Shown here one piece after another: positions 56,619-64,000 of a DNA stretch of 64,000 bases. The translations under genes were made by a program, and so were the position numbers. The notes under the pieces were generated by a model. It searched no databases. It worked only from the letters and a program-made list of their open reading frames with translations, and had not been told where the DNA came from. Where the stretch lies: NCBI GenBank assembly GCA_946965045.2, contig OX337233.1:558001-622000 (forward strand), in the 5' to 3' direction. Origin of the DNA: Epithemia pelagica (Eukaryota; Protista; Bacillariophyta). Each line of letters opens with the position of its first letter. Within the stretch, counting starts at the first letter, position 1.

Positions 56619-57655
56619 TTACCACACTTTCCACCACGGACGACGATGTGGTGGATCGTTGGTAGTATTGTTGTTGTTCGAGACGGGTTTTGTTGGTGTC
56701 GTCGTCGTCGTTGGCGTGTCGTTCGCGTCGCCGTTTTTGTCCTTGTTGTCGAGACGATTCGTTGTGACGTCGTCGTCCTTTGGGGGGCGGGGCTTGTCCA
56801 TGAAGTGGGTGCTACTTCTGCTGCTGTTGCGGGGTTGTAGTGCTTCACGGGTAGAAGGTGGCGATGGCACGGTCGTCGTCGTCGTAGTGGGGTGATAAGG
56901 ACCCAAGAATGGAAGACAGAGTTTTTGGGTCTTTAGGAATCATGGTTTTCATGTGATTCGTGCCTTGCTGCCACAAGTCGTGCATCTACCCGGAGGGTTG
57001 CTTCCTTGTTCGTGTTCCAATTGTCTCTTTTTTCGTTTGTGATACTTGACTTGTTCGGCCTTGTCCAGGGCGAGGAGCCATTGATCGCGTTCCTCGAGGG
57101 TCTGTTGTTGTTCTTCGACTTGACCGCCTCCAGTGGTGGGAATGACCATGGGCATATTTGTATTGGTGGTTGTATTTGAAATACTTGGAGTACTCTTGCT
57201 ATGGTCATCGTCGGCAAAGATGAGATCGCCACTCGTCATGACTTGTATCGATGAGGATGGAGAATTAAGTGGTGCCGAAGTTTGTCGTTGTTCTTATTTT
57301 TGATGGGCCAATCGCGTTGAAGTAAGACGGACAGAGAAGAAGATAGGTGCAGTGCACCGACGAGCGATTTGTAGTTGGGTGCGATTTTTTGTGTATCGAG
57401 AATGCGATGCCCGTTTGTATATCGACTTGATAATCTGCATCCTACGTCCTCAAAATGGGTTGACGGACCCATTGGAAGCGACTGTAAGCCGTATCCAATC
57501 TTTGTTGGACCATGCCAGCCGTTGTCCCTGTAGCATTGAATTGCACACATGCCGTTTTGGCTTAGACGATTACTTTGGCATAACCCTACAGGTACAAAGA
57601 GTCGTCGTTCATGTGATGGTGGCAAGGACGACGACGGCATCGTCCAGAGTGACAT
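56619..57655 (-). pseudogene. RRPWWKVW family copy P6, internally deleted
   Basis: MSLWTMPSSSLPPSHERRL start at 57655; ends HHRPWWKVW at 56619; several frames. Confidence 0.7.
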
Positions 57656-58196
57656 GGTTATCCCAAAGAAGAGAAAGGATCATTGAAACGACGGTCATGG
57701 TGATCTGATGGATCTTTCGTCTGTCCATCTATCAACCGCTTAGTCGCGTAGCGGTCTCTTCAAGACGAAATGCTTCCACATTCCGCAGTGCCAGCCGGCA
57801 CCATGCACGCCGGGCATGGCGCATGATCACTCGCAGCTCAACGGTTGTACTTGTCACTTTTTGTGACCGACAGCGAACTGAGCAACAGACAATGAACACA
57901 TAATATATGTCTGGGATCCCAAACGTTGGTGGATACATGAAACAAACGGTGTCTCAATGAAGCTCAACGGTTCGTGGAGTCGGTTTTGGATTATTGCGGA
58001 AGCAATGTTTCACATCAAAAACTGAGCTCCAAATCGCTTTCTTCGATGGCACCCAAAAGGTCAACGAAGCTCCACGGTTCGTGGACCGGAATGAGAGCTT
58101 CACATCAAAAGCTGACATGAGCAATGTTTCACTTCCAAACATGATCATTTTCTTCGACACACTTTATTATTGTGTTGCCAGCTCTATCAAACGACC

Positions 58197-59865
58197 ATGC
58201 AAGAATTCTATCAAAGGATGATGCAAGAAAAAGCGAGATTATCCAATCTTGCCTTTCCTGAGACGAACTACGATCAAATGCCACAATGGAAGTCCGACAC
58301 ATGGCCGACGCTTTCGGGTGGATTGCTCCGGGTTCATGCATCGGTCGTTGTGAATGAAGAGAAAAAGGGACAACAGACAGTCGTTGTTATTGGAGGACAT
58401 AAAGCAAAGGGTGCCACAAATTCGGTGATGTTGATGGATTTGGAAAGGTGGCGAAAAGGTCCAAGCTTGAATCAACATCGTGGTGGACTTGCAGCAGTGG
58501 TTTGTAATGGCTCTGTGTACGCAATGGGGGGACGCTGCGATGGCCAACTTCTGGATTCAATCGAGCGGATTGATCTTTTGGATTTGTTGAAATCACCATG
58601 TGCTACCAACAACAAGATGCATTGGAAGGCATTGACTTGTACATTGTCCACTCCAAGGGACGGATGTCAAGCTGCTGTGGTACATAATCGTTTTATTGTG
58701 GTCGTCGGTGGATATAATTTCAGCTTGTTGTCGTCGACTGATATTATTGATACGGCAGGACAAAATCAACACATTGTCATTACAGGCCCTTCCATGACGG
58801 TTCCTCGATATTTGTGTGGAATAGCTGTTGTTGACCATCGCATCTTTGTCATTGGTGGGATGACGGAAGGTTCCAAATTAAACTCTGTCGAATACCTGGA
58901 CTTCAGTGAAGTTTCTCATGGCAACAATGAGGATGTGAATTTCAGCTTTCCCTCATCGTTTCAATGGAAGGTCCACAAGGATCTGGTCCTTTCTGTTCCT
59001 CGGTATGCACACGCTGTTGCGAAAGTCGGGACGTGTCTGATTGTAACAGGAGGTGATTCCGACAAAACTTTGAAGTCAGTTGAAGTATTGGACACGAAGC
59101 GCAACGTGGTGTTCAACTTACCTGATTTGACCGTGGAGCGCGAAGCTCATAGTGCGGTTTCATTTTTGGACAGAATTGTTGTCATTGGAGGCTCGAAGAA
59201 GACATGTGAGTCGCTTGCATCGATTGACATACAGGAAAACACCAAGGTACGATCTTGTTATCACAAGCGACTGGAGGAAGCGCTTTCAAACATTCTCACA
59301 ACCCTGTTTCTTCTCGCAGAGTCTCCAGAACAGGTATTCGTGTCGTGCTGAGCTCGATATAGAACTTGAAAAAATGAAGGGTAAGATTCAACTTGCAAAC
59401 AAGGATCGCAGCAATGTCAAGGCACTTCGAGAGGCCATTGAGGCGGAATCCTTGCTGTCTCTGATGGAATGGCTTCGTAATCACGACGACAAGTTCCGCT
59501 CTGTACAGGAACTTCGAGCAGGTATTGACGAACTGAAAGGGAAGTTGCAGGATATGGACAGTTTGGCGGGGTGTCTTCCATTTGCTCGCAAGATTGAAGA
59601 GTTAAAAAACCTTGTCAATTTGAATGTCAGTTTTAGTGATGAAGAGATCCTTGTTGGTCAGAAAGCAGAGTTTGAGGTTGAATCCGTATCAGTCACCGGA
59701 AACGAAACACTACCAGTGTCCATCCGTACCACAGATGATCTGTCGAATGCTTACGCTGGTGATACGAAACTGGAAGATATGATAATGGAACAAAGGAACA
59801 TGATTGTTGAACTTTCTGATCGGGTTCGTTTGCTTGAGAAGAAAAGAACTTGGTCCATTTTGTGA
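58197..59865 (+). CDS. Kelch + coiled-coil protein K10; exons 58197-59246 and 59320-59865
   Basis: Six blades; 73-nt GT-AG intron restores frame; start region duplicated (ATG 58197/58218/58221). Confidence 0.86.
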
Positions 59866-62289
59866 CGGAGAACTAGTTGTCTTGGTCCATTTTGTGATGT
59901 TCGATGTATAGGCATAATACGATCACAAATTAATTTATGTCAAATTTCTACTTGTTTGATGCGGTTGGGCCCAAATCCCAAGTCGTCACTTTCGTGTAGA
60001 GCCGGATGCCATTAGGTGATCTTGAAGTCATCGATGGTTTCTTCTTTTGCTTTTGCAGCTACGTGTGAAATTCATACCTGCACAGATTCTTGTCGAGGCA
60101 CAGTGCCACAACAGTCAGCCAACGTGTGCACTTAAGCCCATTGACTATCCCCCATCACAAACTTAGACTCATATTCGACAACCACTCATTCTATCTCTAT
60201 TGTGTCATCCAGCATCCAGCATGTCTACGAATATAACCAAGATCTTGTGTTGCGTGGATCTAATGAGAAGATCCTTCAAGTGTGGTGCTATGGTGATTCA
60301 ATGACCACTCTTTATTACCCGTCGCCAATGCAAGACGACTGTATTCTTGTCTTAACTACATCCATTCCCTCCTTTGTTGTAGTAGTGTGGTAGTTAAATA
60401 CATTGAAGAGTACCACGGGTCCACCGTTTCTCATACCAAACGACATGTACAGACTCGTTGATGGAAAACATACTACTGATGAATGTGAACCCATCAAGGA
60501 AAATCTCGCCAGAATGTTTCGTATTCAAAATTATTTCTCTACCTGTGTGGTGGATGAAACAGAGTGGTCATTGTCGCGGGGTGCTGTGGAATCACCGCCA
60601 CTCGACACAAACAGAGAACGAAGCGGACGATGCAATGATGGTAGTTGTTGTTGAAGTAACCGTTGAAAGACGGCCGTATTCTTGTCGGTCAAGGGCAAGT
60701 ACTCACTCAAATCTTGACCCCAACCCGAAAGACACAAAATACCACCTTGGCCACCACTACTGTTGGAACAACAAGAAGATGAAGAAAGGATGACCATGTC
60801 ATGTTGGGATCACCCACATGTCAAACTGGGTCCAGTCCATACCGTGTGGCGTTAACGGAGCGTGATTCCCAAACTCGCCAATCCTGACATCCTTCCGAGA
60901 CAAGGAGACAAGATCCCACTTTTACCACAGCATGATTGTATCGAGGTTGGGTCAAGGCTAGCTTTGGGTGGATCCTCCAACTGTCCGAGAAGGAGGATTC
61001 ATTCGCTTTTGTAGTAGTAGTCGAAGGAGTCTCCTGGAGGTGTGTGTTGTCCTTGTTATTGCCTTTTTGAAACCCAAACGCGCTGTCGTCAAAGTCCCAA
61101 TACTCGATGGACTGCAACAAGCTGTCGTCCGTCGGTGCGAGACTCCGTCTTCCACCGACAGCATAGAGACGCGACCCCACAACGGCGAGTCCCAATTGAT
61201 GCCGACGTACGGTAAGGGGTGGACCTTGCAACACCCTCCCGTGAACAGTATCTAGAATTTCCACGGACGACACGAGTCCTCCCGATTTCTGACGTCCCCC
61301 CACGACCACAATATATCGATCGTGCACCGTGGCCGCAGCGCATCCGTACCGGGCCTCCACCAAGCGACACTGCATCGTTTCCCAGGTGGTCGTCTTGTTG
61401 CTTGGGTCGTATTTGTTTGGTTCTGCCGGAAGGGTAGTAGTTATTGTTGTTGTTGCCCATATTATCAAGTCGGCAATGGTAATGCGTTCAATGGTATTCC
61501 ATGTGATAAATCCAAGAGAAATGCCTCCCAGAATGACATGTTTGTCATAGACCAATTCCTTGGTGGAAATATTGGTAATGCCGTGACTGGATTTTTCGCC
61601 ATTGGGCAATTTCAAGAGAGGATCAAAGTCCAGCCAATTCTCGTCTTGCGACATTCATGTTTGGTCCCTGCATCCATTCGTTTCGAGTTCTAGTCTTCCA
61701 ACAAGGCAACAGTATCACTGTATTGGTGGCATAGTCATTGGCGTGTTTGCCGCCCATGAGCACCACCAGCTGGTCGTGTTGAGGATTGTATGGTTCCTGA
61801 ACAACAACCGATGCATGGCCATAGCGCCGTCCACCTGCCAGGGGAGGCCATTGATTGGGATCAGCCTGCCATTGCGCTTGTGATTGTTGTTGTTGTTGTG
61901 ATGATGAAGATGAGCCCAGAAAGGCAAGGCCCGACAATTCCGCTTGCTGATGATGATAATTCTCCTCATTCATGGCATGATATCCTTTGAAGCGTGCTGT
62001 GCTGGCCATTGGGATCGCTGTGGGAGGCCAATTCCCAGAAACTATTCCTTCCAAAATGTGGCGGTGTCTCGCTCCACGATTCGAAAAGTATAAGGCGTGA
62101 CTGTTTTCTGTTCACCTCGTCCGGCGTTCTGCACGGCTCAATATGCTGTGTTCGCAGTGCCAGACGGCGCCATGCACGCCGGGCATAGCGTATGATCACT
62201 CGCAGCTCAACGGCTGTACGCGTGCCGAGATGTTGCAGGCCATCACTGTGACGTGACGAATTGCGACCGGCACCGAACCGAGAGCGTAA
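59419..62289. repeat. Segmental duplicate of 25273-27689 (continues as 62289-62890 versus 38608-39200)
   Basis: Collinear Kelch tail, spacer, type-B Kelch and upstream block; contains the empty TA site of the DNA transposon. Confidence 0.9.
60531..61973 (-). pseudogene. Type-B Kelch copy KB2 (disrupted by a replaced segment at about 61531-61632 and later frameshifts)
   Basis: ORFs 61623-62054 and 60821-61654 are two halves of the KB1-like protein. Confidence 0.72.
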
Positions 62290-62649
62290 CCGAAGAGACA
62301 CGGTGCGAGGATCAAAAGCGTCGGACAATGAACATGTGGGATCCCAAACGTTGGTGGATACATGAAACACACTGTGTCTCAACGAAGCTCAACGGTTCGT
62401 GGAGTTACTGCGTAGGCGATTGTGAATGAGTGCTTCACGTCAAAAGTTGACGAGATGCCTAGGTAGCAATGTTGCGTTCTTCGAATGTGGGATCCAAAAA
62501 ATGTAGGTGGATATTTGACACGGTTCGTGGAGACACTACGCCGGAATGAGAGCTTTGCATCAAAAGCTGATATGCCAAAGCAATGTTTCACATCACAGCA
62601 GATCACTTTCTTCGACACACTCTCTTTTCTTTCCGATTATCAAAGGAAG

Positions 62650-64000
62650 ATGCAAGAACAAGCAAGATTGTCCAATCTTGCCTTTCCTGACACCAACAAA
62701 GATGAAATGCCACAATGGAAGTCCGACTCATGGCCGCCGCTTTTGGGTGGATGGCGTCGGTATCATGCATCGGTTGTTGTGAATGAAGAGAAAAAGGGAC
62801 AACAGACAGTCGTTGTCATTGGAGGACAAAAAGCAGAGTTGCTCGTCACAAATTCGGTGTTGTTGATGGATTTGGAAAAGGACACGAAGCAATGGAGGGA
62901 AGGTCCAAGTCTGAATCAAAATCGTGCATTTCATGCAGCAGTGGTTTGTAATGGCTCTGTGTACGCAATTGGGGGAGGCTGTAATGGTAAACGTCTGGAT
63001 TCAATCGAGCGGATTGATCTTTTGCATTTGTGGAAATCACCATGTGCTACCAACAACAAGACGCATTGGAAGAAATTGACTTGTACATTGTCCACTCCAA
63101 GAGGCGGATGTCAAGCTGCTGTAGTACATGATCGATTTGTTGTGGTCGTTGGTGGATACAATAGAGAATGCTTGTCGTCGACTGATATCATTGATACGGC
63201 AGAACAAACTCAACACACTGTGATTGCAGGCCCTTCCATGACGACTCCTCGATCTTTGAGTGGAATGGCGGTTGTCGGTCATCGTATCTTTGTCATTGGA
63301 GGGTCCAATGGAAGCTCCGATCTTAACTCCGTAGAATATTTGGATTTCATTGAAGCTTCTCAAGAGACCAATGAGGATGTGGGTTTCATCATTCCTTTAT
63401 CATCGAAATGGAAAGTGCACAAGGATCTGGTCCTTTCTGTCCCCCGAACGCAACATGCTGTTGGGAAAGTCGGGACCTCACTGATCGTGGCAGGAGGTGG
63501 TACCGTCAAAGCTTTGAAGTCGGTAGAAGTATTGGATACAAAGCGCAACGTCGTGTTCAACATACCTGATATGACCACGAGGCGGAACGGTCCTAGTCTG
63601 GTATCATTGTCTGACATGATCGCTGTCATTGGAGGGTTTCGTCAGGATACGTGTGAGACGCTCGCACTGAGTGACACACTTGAACACACCCAGGTACGGC
63701 GTTTGTTGCAGAAAGAATTGGTTGTGATATACCAAGCGACTGGAGAAATAATTGTTTCAAATATTGTTGTTCTGTTCTCTTACGACACTTTGGTGCTCTT
63801 CTTTTCAAAGACATCTCAGAACATGTATTCGTGTCGCGCTGAGCTCGACATGGAACTTGAAAAACTGAAGAGTAAGATTCAACTTGCAAATAGGGATCGT
63901 ATCAATGTCAAGGCGCTGCAAGAGGCAATTGAGGCGGAATCCTTGCTGTCTTTGTTGGAAGGTCTTCGAGATCAGGATGACAAGTTCCGCTCTGTACATG
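62650..64000 (+). CDS. Kelch + coiled-coil protein K11, runs off the window; probable intron 63694-63810
   Basis: ATG 62650 is in frame with the cag|gtacgg donor; absent from the ORF track because it has no stop within the window. Confidence 0.85.
   Translation, partial: MQEQARLSNLAFPDTNKDEMPQWKSDSWPPLLGGWRRYHASVVVNEEKKGQQTVVVIGGQKAELLVTNSVLLMDLEKDTKQWREGPSLNQNRAFHAAVVCNGSVYAIGGGCNGKRLDSIERIDLLHLWKSPCATNNKTHWKKLTCTLSTPRGGCQAAVVHDRFVVVVGGYNRECLSSTDIIDTAEQTQHTVIAGPSMTTPRSLSGMAVVGHRIFVIGGSNGSSDLNSVEYLDFIEASQETNEDVGFIIPLSSKWKVHKDLVLSVPRTQHAVGKVGTSLIVAGGGTVKALKSVEVLDTKRNVVFNIPDMTTRRNGPSLVSLSDMIAVIGGFRQDTCETLALSDTLEHTQVRRLLQKELVVIYQATGEIIVSNIVVLFSYDTLVLFFSKTSQNMYSCRAELDMELEKLKSKIQLANRDRINVKALQEAIEAESLLSLLEGLRDQDDKFRSVH

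Noticed and set aside
41156-57655. Frameshifts in P, FAS1 and Kelch copies as mere sequencing error
   Set aside because: The 4.5-kb pol and 3.2-kb transposase ORFs are uninterrupted, arguing for good base accuracy, and many lesions are multi-base deletions. Single homopolymer slips (e.g. about 46640, 45330) remain unverified.
9400-63000. Recurring short motifs upstream and downstream of Kelch genes as a CRISPR array
   Set aside because: No constant-length repeat with unique spacers and no cas genes; the motifs are parts of duplicated gene units in a eukaryotic context.

Overview
This is a eukaryotic window, most consistent with a diatom or other stramenopile (inferred from the CoDi-type copia element and 70-120 nt GT-AG introns; host not verifiable here). 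The backbone is a rearranging tandem array with about 5-6 kb period and three interleaved gene families. (i) Eleven plus-strand copies of a 6-blade Kelch + coiled-coil gene (about 7 apparently intact), plus three minus-strand Kelch 'type B' relatives. (ii) Plus-strand genes ending in a fasciclin (FAS1) domain. (iii) Minus-strand genes that share the FAS1 genes' promoter and N-terminal domain but end in a low-complexity/coiled-coil tail with RRPWWKVW. Two young mobile elements interrupt the array, each with an empty-site paralogue inside the window. One is a Ty1/copia LTR retrotransposon (823-7453, identical 163-bp LTRs). The other is a 10,918-bp CACTG-TIR, TA-target EnSpm/CACTA-like DNA transposon (27690-38607). 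The DNA transposon is the best candidate for an undescribed system. Besides its transposase it carries a BAH-domain gene, a class-III PLP-aminotransferase-fold gene with a putative C-terminal winged helix, and a spliced gene ending in a PHD/ADD-like zinc finger that the ORF track misses. The Kelch array shows hypervariable ligand-face residues and blade-by-blade mosaicism. All domain calls are from motif recognition by eye; no database searches were run.
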